This document shows positions 29,821 to 41,688 of a DNA stretch of 64,000 nt, piece by piece (the stretch's first letter is position 1; the number at the start of each line of letters is the position of its first letter). Both the position numbers and the translations under genes were made by a program. The stretch comes from a bacterium. Lineage in GTDB: Bacteria; Zhuqueibacterota; Zhuqueibacteria; Residuimicrobiales; Krinioviventaceae. Where the stretch lies: positions 96,001 through 160,000 of the forward strand of contig CAXXFV010000004.1 of assembly GCA_963674595.2 (NCBI GenBank), read 5' to 3'. Under the pieces are notes generated by a model, which was not told the DNA's origin, searched no databases, and saw nothing but the letters and a program-made list of their open reading frames with translations.

Positions 29821-31614
29821 TTAAACTTTCAATATGGCAAGGAACGCTTCCTGAGGCACTTCAACTTTGCCAAGTTGTTTCATGCGTTTCTTTCCCTCTT
29901 TTTGCTTTTCCAGCAGTTTCCTTTTTCGGGTTATGTCACCACCGTAACATTTTGCTGTTACGTTTTTTCGCATGGCTTTGATTGTTTCGCGGGCAATAAT
30001 CCGGCTGCCGACGGAAGCCTGAATAGCGACCTGAAACATTTGCCGAGGGATAAGGTCTCTTAGTTTTTCACAAACCTTTCGACCCCATTCATAGGCTTTA
30101 TCACGATGAACAATGACAGACAAAGCGTCTACGGATTCTCCGTTTAAAAGGATATCCAGTTTTATTACGTTACCTGGTTTATAGCCGAGAAATTCGTAAT
30201 CAAACGACGCATAACCCCTGGTGATTGATTTAAGCCGGTCATAAAAATCAAAAATAACCTCTGCCAGAGGAAATTGGTAATGCAAGTTTGCACGGGTCTT
30301 GTCAATATATTCCGTGTTAAGATAAACGCCTCTTCGTTCCATAGCTAGTGACATAATACTGCCGATGAATTCTGTGGGTGTTAAAATGCCGGCGCTTATA
30401 TAGGGCTCTTCGACCCGTTCAATATCGCCCAAAGAGGGCATATTTGCCGGATTGTCCAAAACGAGTTTTGTACCGTCTTTAAGATATGTGTGAAATTCAA
30501 CATTTGGGACTGTTGTCACCAAATCAAGCCCATACTCCCGCTCCAGCCTTTCCTGAACAATTTCAAGATGAAGCAGGCCTAAAAATCCACATCGAAAGCC
30601 AAAACCCAGCGCCGCAGAGGTTTCCGGTTCATAAAACAGTGCCGAATCATTCAACTTTAATTTTTCCAGTGCGGTCCGCAAATCTTCATAGTTTTCGGCA
30701 ATAGATGGAAAAAGGCCGCTAAAAACCATAGGTTTAACTTCTCTGTATCCGGGAAGAGGCTCAGTTGCAGGATTATGCACATGTGTAATGGTATCACCAA
30801 CCTGTGTATCGCTGACTTCTTTGGCGCCGGCAATTAAATAACCGACATCTCCGGCAGACAGTAAGTCTTTCTTTATCTGCTTGAGCCGCATAACCCCCAC
30901 TTCCTGCACTTCAAACTTTTTACCGGTTGAAAAAAATTTGATCATGTCACCGGCTTTTAGTTCACCTTCCACAACCCGAATGTAAGCAACGGCGCCTCTG
31001 TAGGCATTAAACATTGAATCAAAAATGAGCGCTCTCAGAGGCTTTTCGGTTTCAATAGCAGGCGGCGGAATGCGGTGAACGGCCGCTTCTAAAATTTCAG
31101 AAATTCCGATTCCGGATTTTGCACTTGCCAATAATATTTCACTCTCATCACAACCAATAATGTCAACAATTTGCTGTTTAACCACATCGACTTGGGAACT
31201 TGGTAAATCAATTTTGTTGATTACCGGAATGATCTCCAAATCATTTTCAATTGCTAAATAAAGATTACTAACGGTTTGTGCCTCAATTCCCTGTGCAGCG
31301 TCAACAACTAAAAGAGCGCCCTCACATGCGGCCAAACTTCGGGAAACTTCATAGGTAAAATCAACGTGTCCCGGGGTATCTATCAAATTCAGGACATATT
31401 TTTCTTTATTCTCAGCCTTATATTCCATAGTAATAGAGTGCATTTTAATTGTAATGCCGCGTTCACGTTCCAGGTCCATGGAATCGAGCACTTGCTCTTT
31501 CATTTCCATTTTGGACAATGTGCCGGTTGCCTCTAAAAGCCGGTCTGCCAGCGTCGATTTACCGTGGTCTATATGGGCAATAATACAAAAATTTCTAATA
31601 TTGTTTTGTTTCAT
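29821..31614 (-). CDS. lepA: Elongation factor 4
   Basis: [39 protein letters not shown] and [25 protein letters not shown]. Confidence 0.98.
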   Translation of the reverse strand: MKQNNIRNFCIIAHIDHGKSTLADRLLEATGTLSKMEMKEQVLDSMDLERERGITIKMHSITMEYKAENKEKYVLNLIDTPGHVDFTYEVSRSLAACEGALLVVDAAQGIEAQTVSNLYLAIENDLEIIPVINKIDLPSSQVDVVKQQIVDIIGCDESEILLASAKSGIGISEILEAAVHRIPPPAIETEKPLRALIFDSMFNAYRGAVAYIRVVEGELKAGDMIKFFSTGKKFEVQEVGVMRLKQIKKDLLSAGDVGYLIAGAKEVSDTQVGDTITHVHNPATEPLPGYREVKPMVFSGLFPSIAENYEDLRTALEKLKLNDSALFYEPETSAALGFGFRCGFLGLLHLEIVQERLEREYGLDLVTTVPNVEFHTYLKDGTKLVLDNPANMPSLGDIERVEEPYISAGILTPTEFIGSIMSLAMERRGVYLNTEYIDKTRANLHYQFPLAEVIFDFYDRLKSITRGYASFDYEFLGYKPGNVIKLDILLNGESVDALSVIVHRDKAYEWGRKVCEKLRDLIPRQMFQVAIQASVGSRIIARETIKAMRKNVTAKCYGGDITRKRKLLEKQKEGKKRMKQLGKVEVPQEAFLAILKV

Positions 31615-31683
31615 TTCTTTATGCTTTAAAAAATAAAAATAGTTTCATGGAAATTAACATTTAAGATAATAAAAAATAATATA

Positions 31684-31713
31684 GGAATCAACAATTGCTT
31701 TCCTGTTGATTCC
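31684..31713 (-). terminator. Hairpin / likely terminator
   Basis: GGAATCAACA-N10-TGTTGATTCC perfect 10-bp inverted repeat just after the stop at 31727. Confidence 0.55.
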
Positions 31714-31726
31714 GATGCCTGACAAT

Positions 31727-33589
31727 TTACTCAAGTTCAATTTTATAGGAAACCTTTTGTTGTGACCGGCTTGAATCCGGAAAAATTTCAAGTTCAATCG
31801 GATAACACTTGATAGAGGGGAAAGGGGCCCAATATTTTTCTTTATTCCTTCCTATTATCAATTTTGCATTTCCTGATGTAACATTAAAATTGAACTTTTT
31901 ATCCTTTGCCAAAATTTCAACGTGCCTGTCAGTTTTTTGTATAAACTGCATGCCCGAGTTCCAGACAACAGGCTCAACAATTCGTACAGTATCTCTCTTG
32001 CCGTGATATTTTACAAGAACTTGTTTTTCAACAACATTGTCTGAAATAACGTGCCGCCATTGATACCCAATACCGCCCGGGAACAGTTCTCTGTCTTTTA
32101 ATTGACCGTCTGTTTGTATAATATATTTTCCATTGTTCTGAGCACATGTCATTTGGCCGTCATATTCGTAAAGATTTGTAAAATACCCGTCCTTGTCCGA
32201 AAATTCTATTCTCGGGGTTACAGGTAATATGCCCGGCGCTTCCGGAAAGTGCATGGGTTCCCATTGATAATATTCGGTTTGACCGGCAAGCTGTAAAAAG
32301 CCATAATCCTGCACCCACAAGTTGGAAATCGAACCGCCGGTAGCGCGATGCATATATTTGCTTTTATACCTTCGAAATATATCTTTATAACGATAAGCCG
32401 TTATTGTGGTCATAAAATTTTTGGTTCGGGTTACGGTTACGTCAACCGTCTTGAATTCCTGCATCCAACCGATCTTATCTGATGGTAATGCGGGTAAGCT
32501 GACATTTGTTTCATCCAATAATTCAAGAGACAAAGCCAAATTCTTTGCCCTGGCAAAGGTGGTGTAATTACAGGGTAAAACGTCAAAAATATCATAATAA
32601 TGCGGACCATACCCTATCCATTCTGACTTGAAAAGCGATTTTAAATAGGTCAAATTTCGATAGGCTGCGGTATAGCACCGACTATCACGGGGGCCATATA
32701 ATGTAAAAAGCACCTGACACCCGTCCGCAGTTGAACTGCCAAAGGTGGTCCATTTATTTGAACGAACACCCCAGGAGCCATCGATACTTCCATCCGGATA
32801 AACAAAATAAAAGTGTGTTTTTACAGCATTAAAAACAAGACTATCAACAAAACTGTTACTGGTAATACGGGCATATAAAGCGAGCCCCCACAAAGACATA
32901 TCCAGCTCGTAGCCAATGTCCGAACCATATTTAATACCGAAACTCCGGCCGCCTTCACCATGAATAAAACCGTCCCGGTCCATTTTATCTATTACCTGCC
33001 TGGCAAGCTTATCAGCCTTTCGAATATAGCTGGAATCCGGGAAAAGTTGAAAAACAGAAGCCAATGTTGCTGTTGAGGTCGCACAATAGTTTATACTGGC
33101 AAAATCCGGATCCATGACGTTTACCAAATAATCTGCTGCACGTTGAATACTATTTTGCCACGACTCGTATTCTTTTGATGTCAGAGAGTCTTTAACGATT
33201 GAAAAAGTACGGACCATCATAAGTAATTGATCGGTCGTTGTACCGGTCCATTCTTCCGGCGTTTCTTTCCATGCACCATTTTTCAATTGCTGTTTTATCA
33301 ACCAGTTCCCCAGACGGATTGCTGCTTGCAAATACTTGCTATTTTTTGAATTCTTATAAACAACAGCAAACGGGTACATGGCCTCTGCAGCCCGTGTATG
33401 GCGTATATCACATCTTTTACATTGCAAAGCGCCATAATCTGTATTATCTTTATCAAGTATCTGCGTTTCCAGCAATGTGTCTGTAAGGTTCTCCAGAAAT
33501 ACTCTATACTCATTTCCAATTTCAATTTTAGGAACCGGGGTGGTACAAAAAACAATAAAGGCAAGTAGACTATAGATCAAAAATTTCAT
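31727..33589 (-). CDS. Hypothetical exported protein, probable alpha/alpha-toroid carbohydrate-active enzyme
   Basis: 620-aa ORF with signal peptide and Cys; YLQAAIRLGNWL..QQLKNGAW helical repeats; beta-rich C-terminus. Function is inferred. Confidence 0.7.
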   Translation of the reverse strand: MKFLIYSLLAFIVFCTTPVPKIEIGNEYRVFLENLTDTLLETQILDKDNTDYGALQCKRCDIRHTRAAEAMYPFAVVYKNSKNSKYLQAAIRLGNWLIKQQLKNGAWKETPEEWTGTTTDQLLMMVRTFSIVKDSLTSKEYESWQNSIQRAADYLVNVMDPDFASINYCATSTATLASVFQLFPDSSYIRKADKLARQVIDKMDRDGFIHGEGGRSFGIKYGSDIGYELDMSLWGLALYARITSNSFVDSLVFNAVKTHFYFVYPDGSIDGSWGVRSNKWTTFGSSTADGCQVLFTLYGPRDSRCYTAAYRNLTYLKSLFKSEWIGYGPHYYDIFDVLPCNYTTFARAKNLALSLELLDETNVSLPALPSDKIGWMQEFKTVDVTVTRTKNFMTTITAYRYKDIFRRYKSKYMHRATGGSISNLWVQDYGFLQLAGQTEYYQWEPMHFPEAPGILPVTPRIEFSDKDGYFTNLYEYDGQMTCAQNNGKYIIQTDGQLKDRELFPGGIGYQWRHVISDNVVEKQVLVKYHGKRDTVRIVEPVVWNSGMQFIQKTDRHVEILAKDKKFNFNVTSGNAKLIIGRNKEKYWAPFPSIKCYPIELEIFPDSSRSQQKVSYKIELE

Positions 33590-33713
33590 TCAAATTTATC
33601 TCCTTTTTTTGAAATATAGTACTTTTCGTTACTTTTTCAAGACAAATTGCTTTGAATTTTTCAGATAAAACTCTATATTAAATGACACTAAAAGACAGGA
33701 AAAACCAGATTTT

Positions 33714-36700
33714 ATGAATCAAAAGAAAACCAAACTCTTAAAAATTTTCTGCATTTTCCAATTTTTATCGCAGGGACATCATTTTCACAACAATTACAAA
33801 TAGTTGAACAAAATGCAACAACTATTCGGCTGCATTTAGCTACAGATTTCTCTCCGATTCTGGAGGGAGGAGGCACTTTTAATGATCTTGTGTCTCTGAC
33901 GGATCTGGCCCTTTTTAAAAAATCAAATGGTCAGGAAATACCCTATTATCCGGTTCTTTTGAATATTTCTTCAGACAGGGCGCAGGTCAATCTTTTATCT
34001 GCAAAGGATAAAGCAGTTGTTTTGGACCACGTTGTCAATTTTATTGACACCCCCCTTTCCGGGACAGATTCTTTAACGACTGACAACAGGTCCGGCAATA
34101 TAACCACACAAAATAACAACATGATACCCCCTGTTACAATCGAAAAAAAGGGCGTGTTACAAGGGAATAATATTTGGAAAGTGAATATTTACCCCTATGA
34201 TTTTAATTCAAACACGAATGAGATTATATATCGTTCAGATATTTTATTTGAAATAATCGTTCCATCTACCCCATCCAAAAACAATTCACAGCCATACAAG
34301 TTTGAAATTGTAAACGACATTAAAACTCTTTCCAATACATCTACATTAGCCTCATCTTTATCGGCACAAAGCCTGAAAAAAACCATGCAAACCGAAGAAG
34401 CCTGGAAAATCATTGTTGATACAGATGGCATTTATAAAATCACAGGAGAGGACCTTCGGGATGCTGGCTTGACATTACTGAATATTGATATCGAAACCCT
34501 GAAATTGACATGCAATAATAAAAATATTGCTGTTTTTGTTCATGGCTGGGAAGACGGGGAATTTGATGTGGATGATTATATTGAATTTTGGGGAGAAACC
34601 AATAAACAAACATTTCAAAACCTCGCACCCGATATGTATGTGGACCCGTACACAGCATCCAATATCTATTGGTTGAGCTGGGGCACTGAAAAAGGCACGT
34701 GGATGCTTGAGGAACAAGGCCAGGTAATTGAATCACAATCATCACAATACATTCGTCCCTATTCTTTCCGCCAGAAAGTACATGTGGAAAAAGACGTATA
34801 CTATGACCGATTGAGCGAAATTCCAGTTAATACGTTACGGGATTTATGGTTTTATGACACAGGTATTTCTGCAAGTAAAAAGAGAGATTATACTTTTGAA
34901 CTGTGGCACCCCGACGATCAGGCCTCATTTGGTGTTGAAGCCCGTTGTATTGTTGGTGGACGAACAAGTATTGACAGCATTCAGCATAACATTTCCGCAT
35001 TTATAAACGACAGTTATTTGTTTTCCGGTCAATGGAAAAACCAGGATTACATTGATTTACAATTACTTGAACCAAGTCCGGTAACAGGTGCGGATCTTGA
35101 AAACGGTGAAAATGTATTTAGTATTTATAATAATATAGATTACAAGCTTTATGATTATGTAATGCTTAACTGGTTTGAAATCTCCTATCCACGGCTTTAT
35201 CGTGCTCATGAAGATTATTTAGAATTTACAATTCCACCCGGTTATACTTCAGGGCATTTTCTGTTTAAAATTGATGGCTTTGAGTCAGAAATAATTGATA
35301 TTTATAAAATCGGTTACAGTAAAATTGTCGGCGGCAAAGTGATAGAGTATACCGATTATAAAGATTTTACATCAATGCAAATTTCTTTTCAGGATAATGT
35401 CACATCTCAGGAAACACATTATGTAGCAGTTACTCAGGATAAAAAACTTCTACCGCTTGCAATAATAAAAGACGAACCGTCTCAATTAAAAACCAGTAAT
35501 ATTGCTTCTGATTATATGATAATCGCTCACAAGCGGTTTATCAACGATGAAAGCATCGAAAAACTTTTACAACTGCGCCAGTCTCAAGGTTTACAAACAA
35601 GCAAAATTAATGTTCAGGATATTTATGATGAATTTAACTATGGACGTCCAAGCCCATACGCCATTAAAAGTTTTTTAAAATGGGCTTATGACAATTGGAA
35701 CCAGCCCAGGTTAAAGTATGTTCTGCTTGTGGGCGACGGATGTTATCAACGATATTCAGCGGTTGGCGACACCCTGGACCTGATACCGGTATTCATGCGC
35801 AAAACGCTTAATTTCGGTTCGGCTGCCAGCGACCATTGGTATGCCCTTCTTGATGGAAACGATGAACTGCCGGAAATTCATATCGGTCGTTTGCCTGTAA
35901 AAGAGACTCAGGAATTGGAAAATGTCATTGCAAAAATTATAAGCTACGAAACCGAACCTCCCAGTGGTGATTGGAGTAACCGATTATTATTTATCGGTGG
36001 AAATGGTCAAGTATTCCGCACTCAAGGCAACTCACTTGTCAGAACGACACCGGCACGATTTGAATCAAAAAAACTTTTTACCTTCAAAGATACCAATCTG
36101 GATTTTGACCCCTACCATGGATCGACAACAGATTTCCTTGATTATTATGATAAAGGATGTGCTTTAATAAGCTTTCACGGCCATGGCGGTGGTGCTATTT
36201 GGGCAGATAACGGTCTGTTGCGTCTTGATGATGTAGATCGTATGTACAGTCAAGGCAAATTGCCTTTTATTCTCAGCATGACATGTTTTACTGGTTCGTT
36301 CGAATCTCCTTCCACAGGGTCATTGGCCGATGCATTACTTTTCACCGAAAATGATGGGGTTGTCGGATTTTTGGGAGCCAGCGGTGTGGGCTGGACCTGG
36401 AATGACTATTACCTGCAATCGGAAATTTTAAAATATCTTTATACACATCCAACGGAGCCAATGGGTGCTATTATAGATGCCGGCAAGATTAATTATTATC
36501 TAAGTTATCAAACTGACCAAAATTTTTCTCAAGTCAACCAATACCATTTACTGGGAGACCCCGCAACTCGTCTTTATTTGCCATCTCAAATAATAAATGT
36601 TCAATTAGACAAACAGCTAACAACACAAAATGATTCTCTAACTGTCTCTGTAAAATTTCCCTATCAAAACGGCACCGGCAAAATTGTAATGACAGATAGT

Positions 36701-38527
36701 GTAAAAGATGATGTTCTATCGAAAGACATTTCTTTTTACGATGGTCAATATAGCACTATTTTCCGAGTCCCTAAATATTATCCTTTTCAAACCGGGTATT
36801 TTCGAATTTTTTCTCAAGATGGATCAGCAAATGCAAGGGTTCATGGCTCGGCAAATTTTGTATTAAAATCATTTTTATTCGACTCTGCTCTTGTTGAAAC
36901 TGAAAATGAAAAGCTGTATTTTTCATGCAAGTTGCAAACAACAGACGAAATAAAAGAAATGTATTGCAGGGTTGGTGGCGACACACTACTTTTGCAAAAA
37001 CAAAACAATTCTTGGTACAAAACACAAGAGGGATATGACTTTGAATATCAGGGTTATAACCTGTCATATATCTTTTATGCCATAAAAAATGATAATAGCA
37101 TAATATACAGCCCCACTTATGTGTACAATGTATCAAATGTGTATAATCTCTCGATTGATACAAATTCTATACAACTAGGCGGGCAAAATCAGGTAGAAAT
37201 TCAATTTGAAATTAACAATCTGTCTGAAAACAGTACCAATGTACCTGTTTCAGTATCCGGCAAAATTCCAGGTAATACAACATACTCTATAATAGGAACG
37301 GATACACTGTTCGTCATGCCCTATTCTCCATGTCGAGGCTCTGTTCCATTTTCAGCAACGACAGACATGATAGATATTCAGGTCACCATTGACCCGGATT
37401 CTTTATTAAATGAACAAAACAGATCTGACAACATTGCTTTTAAAAGTATTGAAATTAATAAATTCAACTTTAAACAAAACTCCGGCCTTTTTGTAAACAA
37501 TACACAAACCGACAGCCTTAAAAAAGATGAATTTAAAGCTATTATTTCAAAAAATTGTTTTTCCCAAACCGGTACTATCTCTTTGGAAAAATTGTCCAAA
37601 ATAACTATTCTCGAACAACCTGATTTTTCATCATTTTCGGGATTATCTGCTTTCACTCTCACACATTCTTTTGTTAATGAATCAGCTACCCCGATTATTG
37701 TACAGTTTTCCATAGATGACCTGACACTGGCAAAAATTGATTCTCAAAATTTGGAAACATATATCTATCAATATGTAGCAAATACAAATAAATGGCTTAA
37801 AATCCCGACCACCAGAGCAGGACGTTTATTTTCAGCACAAACAATAAACACCGGAACATTTGCACTTTTACATAGTGCCGACACACAAGGCCCAAATATT
37901 GAAATTTCAATAAACGGTCAGCCCTATGTTCCGAATTCATATTCAAGCCAGGAACCGCAAATCAGTATATACATTCAAGATCTAAACGGCATTGATATAT
38001 CCACAGACAAGCTACAGGTTTATTTAAATGGTGAAAAGCTGGACAACCATGATGAGCTGGCTTTACCGGATACAGTTAAAAATGGTAACCAGATCATGTT
38101 AGCCCTGAATCCCAAGCTATCATCCGGAAATCATTTTTTAAACATTGTAACCCTGGATTGTAACGGCAACATGACTGAATTGAATGATCTGACAATTAAA
38201 GTTGCAAACTCTTTTGAAATAAAAATGCTTGGTAATTATCCAAACCCGTTTTCGGAAGAAACAAATTTTGCCTATATATTGACACTACCCTGTGAAAATT
38301 TATCACTTAAAATTTATTCAGCATCAGGTCGGCTTATTCGCGACATAAATCCAAGAGAAATGAGTGAAGATCCCAATCCATATAGCTCCGATTACCATGA
38401 AATTCTATGGGACGGGACAGATAAAGAAGGATATCCGGTTGCGAACGGATTGTATTTTTATAAACTGTCCGCAATCGCTGATGGAAAAACTCATGAAATA
38501 ACCGGTAAAATAGCACGAATTCAATAA
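33714..38527 (+). CDS. Peptidase C25 (gingipain-family), PorU-like sortase with C-terminal FlgD-Ig/CTD (apparent N-terminal frameshift)
   Basis: IYDEFNYG, YVLLVGD, IGRLPV, FHGHGG (His), MTCFTG (Cys), LLGDP, DTQGP..DLNGID and NYPNPF. The signal peptide is restored from ATG 33714 by a one-base shift at ~33740-33765. Confidence 0.85.
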
Positions 38528-38535
38528 AGCAGAAT

Positions 38536-39552
38536 ATGAAAAATCTAAAATTTTACATCCTTAGTTTAGCAATTCTATCATCCTCTATAAACCTGTTTGC
38601 CGGTGGACGTTATGCCGGAGCATCAATGGAATTAGGGATTGGGGCAAGACAACTGGCTTTAGGCGGTGCTGCAGCCGCTATGAACGGTTCTGCTGAAAAT
38701 TTCTATTATAATCCAGCATCATTGGGTTTAATTTCCAAACGGTCTTTTCAATTTATGTATGCCCCAACATTCGGCAGTTTAAAAGATCCCATGGCTTTTT
38801 ACAACTATATCGGCTTTACCTACCCCTTAAAAGGCGGCGGAACCGTCGCATTCAACTGGACCCGCTTTTCCGCAGACGACATACCACAATACCCGGAACT
38901 TAAAGGCAGTTCATTTGAAGAGCGGAATAACGATATCACCCTTCGGCCGGACGGTACAGTGCTGGGTTATTTTAAAGATACGGAAGATGTATATTATTTC
39001 TCTTTTGCCAAAATAATGAAAATTGTTATACCGCTTGGATGGTTATATACAGATCTGCCGGTTGATATTCCCTTTGGTGTAAATTTTAAGGTGCTAAGAC
39101 AAAAACTGTTCGATGCATCAGCTACAGGCATGGGAATTGATATCGGATCAATGATTCGTTTTAGCCTGGGAACTCTTTTTGACAAAAAATATTTGGGTGA
39201 TTTTTCAGTAGGGCTTTCTTTTTCCGATATTACACAAACTTCAATTATCTGGAATACAGACCATCAAGACAGGGTTCAAAGAACTATATTATTTGGTCTT
39301 GGTTATAATCAATACATCAAATTCCTTAACGCAGATCTTAATTTTTATTGGACACAATACAATAAATATGAAAAACATCATCTTTTCGGTACAGAAATTT
39401 TGTACCACGGTATTGCCATACGGACAGGGATAAACCAAACAGACCTTACATTCGGCGCCGGAATACATTTCTGGAAAACTTTGATTGATTATGCATTTAT
39501 CCCAACTGACCTTGATAAAGTTCATCGATTAAGTTGTTCTATTCAGTTTTAG
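38536..39552 (+). CDS. PorV/PorQ-family outer-membrane beta-barrel
   Basis: Signal peptide; ELGIGARQLALGGA, YYNPASL, GIDIG and terminal HRLSCSIQF. Confidence 0.82.
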   Translation: MKNLKFYILSLAILSSSINLFAGGRYAGASMELGIGARQLALGGAAAAMNGSAENFYYNPASLGLISKRSFQFMYAPTFGSLKDPMAFYNYIGFTYPLKGGGTVAFNWTRFSADDIPQYPELKGSSFEERNNDITLRPDGTVLGYFKDTEDVYYFSFAKIMKIVIPLGWLYTDLPVDIPFGVNFKVLRQKLFDASATGMGIDIGSMIRFSLGTLFDKKYLGDFSVGLSFSDITQTSIIWNTDHQDRVQRTILFGLGYNQYIKFLNADLNFYWTQYNKYEKHHLFGTEILYHGIAIRTGINQTDLTFGAGIHFWKTLIDYAFIPTDLDKVHRLSCSIQF

Positions 39553-39555
39553 ACT

Positions 39556-40230
39556 ATGAAAAAATTTATATTCATAATAATTTTTAGCACTCTTTATCTA
39601 GTAAATTGTGAAAAAAATCTAAACAGCCCGATAATAGAGCTTGCAAAACCTGTTCTATTATCGACCCCCGCTGATACATTAATAAATGAGGCCGGAATTG
39701 ATGCAATCCCAGAAAAGGACGCCATTGAAATAAACTGGCTGCTAAACCCGGAATTTCATACTTTTCAACTTTACCGGAAAGCATCAAAAGACTCTGTTTT
39801 TAAACTATTGAGTGAATTCACACAAAAAGATAGTAATTATGTCGATGAAGACATTTTGTTAAACGAACGTTATTATTATTTTCTTATCGGTATTGATCAG
39901 CAAAATCGTAAAAGTGAACCGTCAGATACATTGGACTACCAGCTTGTAGAAAAAGCATTCAACTTGTTCACAAGTTTGCCTCAAGTCATTTTTCATTGGC
40001 AAATCAGCAATTTTTTTTATGACAGCTATATTATTAAATTATTTGATGATAACCAACAATTGATATGGATGAAACAAATTGATTCACCTCATCAACCCTT
40101 CAACTCAGACAGTACTGCTAAAATCTCAAAACTGGTTTCAGGGAAGAGATATAAATGGCGGGTTGATATTGTTGGAACTGAAATTCATTCGGGTAGTGAA
40201 TCTGACTGGAAATTCTTTTTAATGCCTTGA
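39556..40230 (+). CDS. Fibronectin type III-like lipoprotein
   Basis: Lipobox LVNC; FQLYRK, YVDEDI..YYYFLIGID..SEPS and YKWRV. Confidence 0.78.
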   Translation: MKKFIFIIIFSTLYLVNCEKNLNSPIIELAKPVLLSTPADTLINEAGIDAIPEKDAIEINWLLNPEFHTFQLYRKASKDSVFKLLSEFTQKDSNYVDEDILLNERYYYFLIGIDQQNRKSEPSDTLDYQLVEKAFNLFTSLPQVIFHWQISNFFYDSYIIKLFDDNQQLIWMKQIDSPHQPFNSDSTAKISKLVSGKRYKWRVDIVGTEIHSGSESDWKFFLMP

Positions 40231-40279
40231 AAGAAATTTTAATAACATGCAGGTAATTTAGAATATTTAAAGATTTATC

Positions 40280-40307
40280 TTGACTATTTAAAAAAAAATA
40301 TTAGATT
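40280..40307 (+). promoter_or_regulatory. Sigma70-type promoter
   Basis: TTGACT-N16-TAGATT upstream of ATG 40352. Confidence 0.5.
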
Positions 40308-40351
40308 TAAGACAATAGTAACTTTATAAGCTCTTATGTGGAGGTTGGGAA

Positions 40352-41557
40352 ATGAAAACTAACAAGCCAACACTCATACTAATGCTCATGCTTCTGATGA
40401 TAAATGCAGCCGGAGCAGTAGTAATAAATAGCGGAAAGGGATTGCCCCATACAAAAGCCGCTTGGGTATCAGAAAAAGGCAGATTAACATTTTTATCTCA
40501 TACACGTTTCTGGGGTAAAGTTCATGAAAACGACAATATAGGGTTAAATGTAAAAACAGCTACAACCTTATGGAATGTTCAAGGTTTAGTCGGCCTGAAT
40601 TATGGGATAAGCGATCGAATCGAACTCAGTGTAACTCCTGTTTTATATCAGGATACACACAGAGGAAACGGCAAAGAATACCCGTGGGATACATTTATTA
40701 ACTTAAAAATCGGTTCATTTGGCAATAAAGCCAGTTCAATGAAATACGGTGTTGAGTTAAATACCAGGTTTGCTACCGGTGAACAATACAATTTCCCCTA
40801 TGAAGATTATTCTGCTGGTAAAACAGAATGGGGTTTTACCGGATTATTTAGCTATGCTCTGGATCCTCTTTATCCGGAAGATTCATTCAACTTGCATTTT
40901 AACCTGGGCTATTTGAATCATAATGATGTTGGTGCAAATCTTACTGACAATGAAACTGACAAGCTTAGCGAAGTCTTGAAACAAAGTCAGGAAATGCAAT
41001 ATGCCCTCGGTTTAACCATTCCTATGGAAGATTGGGATTATGGATTTGAGATTTACGGCATAAACTGGCTGCAACAACCACCACCGAATGCCGCAAGCCG
41101 TGAAAATTATACATATATGGCATTGACAATAAAGTATAAACCCTACCGATGGTTTAACTTTTATATAACCGGAGATTATCGATTATCTTCCGATAAAGAT
41201 GAAACAAATCGGATTGCTGCCAACAAAGCTTTTTATCAACCCGATGATATTCCAAATTACAATACCTGGCGAATTAATGCCGGTATTAAAATGGTTCTTT
41301 TACCGACCAATATCTTTCGTTTAAATGAACGTGACTTGTTAATGCAAAAAGCAGAAACACGCCGGGAATTGTTTGAACAAATCATTAAAGAGCGTCGTGA
41401 AACAGAATCAGCAGAAGAAGAACTTGATAGAATTAAAGATGAAAGACGTAAAGCAGAAAAAGAATTGGAGCGCTTACGGAAAATTCTTGAAGGTCAGACA
41501 GACAGACGCAATCAGCTTGAAGAAATGCGAAAAGAGCTGGAACCAACCAATCCATAA
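40352..41557 (+). CDS. Hypothetical outer-membrane beta-barrel-like protein with C-terminal coiled coil
   Basis: Signal peptide, alternating beta-strands (LNYGISDRIELSV, FNLHFNLGY), ~70-aa E/R/K/L heptad tail. Confidence 0.75.
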   Translation: MKTNKPTLILMLMLLMINAAGAVVINSGKGLPHTKAAWVSEKGRLTFLSHTRFWGKVHENDNIGLNVKTATTLWNVQGLVGLNYGISDRIELSVTPVLYQDTHRGNGKEYPWDTFINLKIGSFGNKASSMKYGVELNTRFATGEQYNFPYEDYSAGKTEWGFTGLFSYALDPLYPEDSFNLHFNLGYLNHNDVGANLTDNETDKLSEVLKQSQEMQYALGLTIPMEDWDYGFEIYGINWLQQPPPNAASRENYTYMALTIKYKPYRWFNFYITGDYRLSSDKDETNRIAANKAFYQPDDIPNYNTWRINAGIKMVLLPTNIFRLNERDLLMQKAETRRELFEQIIKERRETESAEEELDRIKDERRKAEKELERLRKILEGQTDRRNQLEEMRKELEPTNP

Positions 41558-41566
41558 TAGAATTTG

Positions 41567-41599
41567 AAAACCTGTCATTTCGATGACAGGTTTTTTTTT
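41567..41599 (+). terminator. Intrinsic terminator
   Basis: AAAACCTGTCAT-TTCG-ATGACAGG followed by T9. Confidence 0.92.
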
Positions 41600-41688
41600 G
41601 CCAAAACAAAAATTTGAAATGTATTGCTCTTTTTGTAAATACTTGCTATCTTTTAAAAATTTTTGTCTAACTAAAAAGGTGCTATTCT

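Noticed and set aside
41600-41688. Lysine riboswitch upstream of dapA or lysC
   Set aside because: The dapA leader is under 90 nt and AT-rich, and lysC has only a 3-bp gap; no room or motif for the ~170-nt aptamer.
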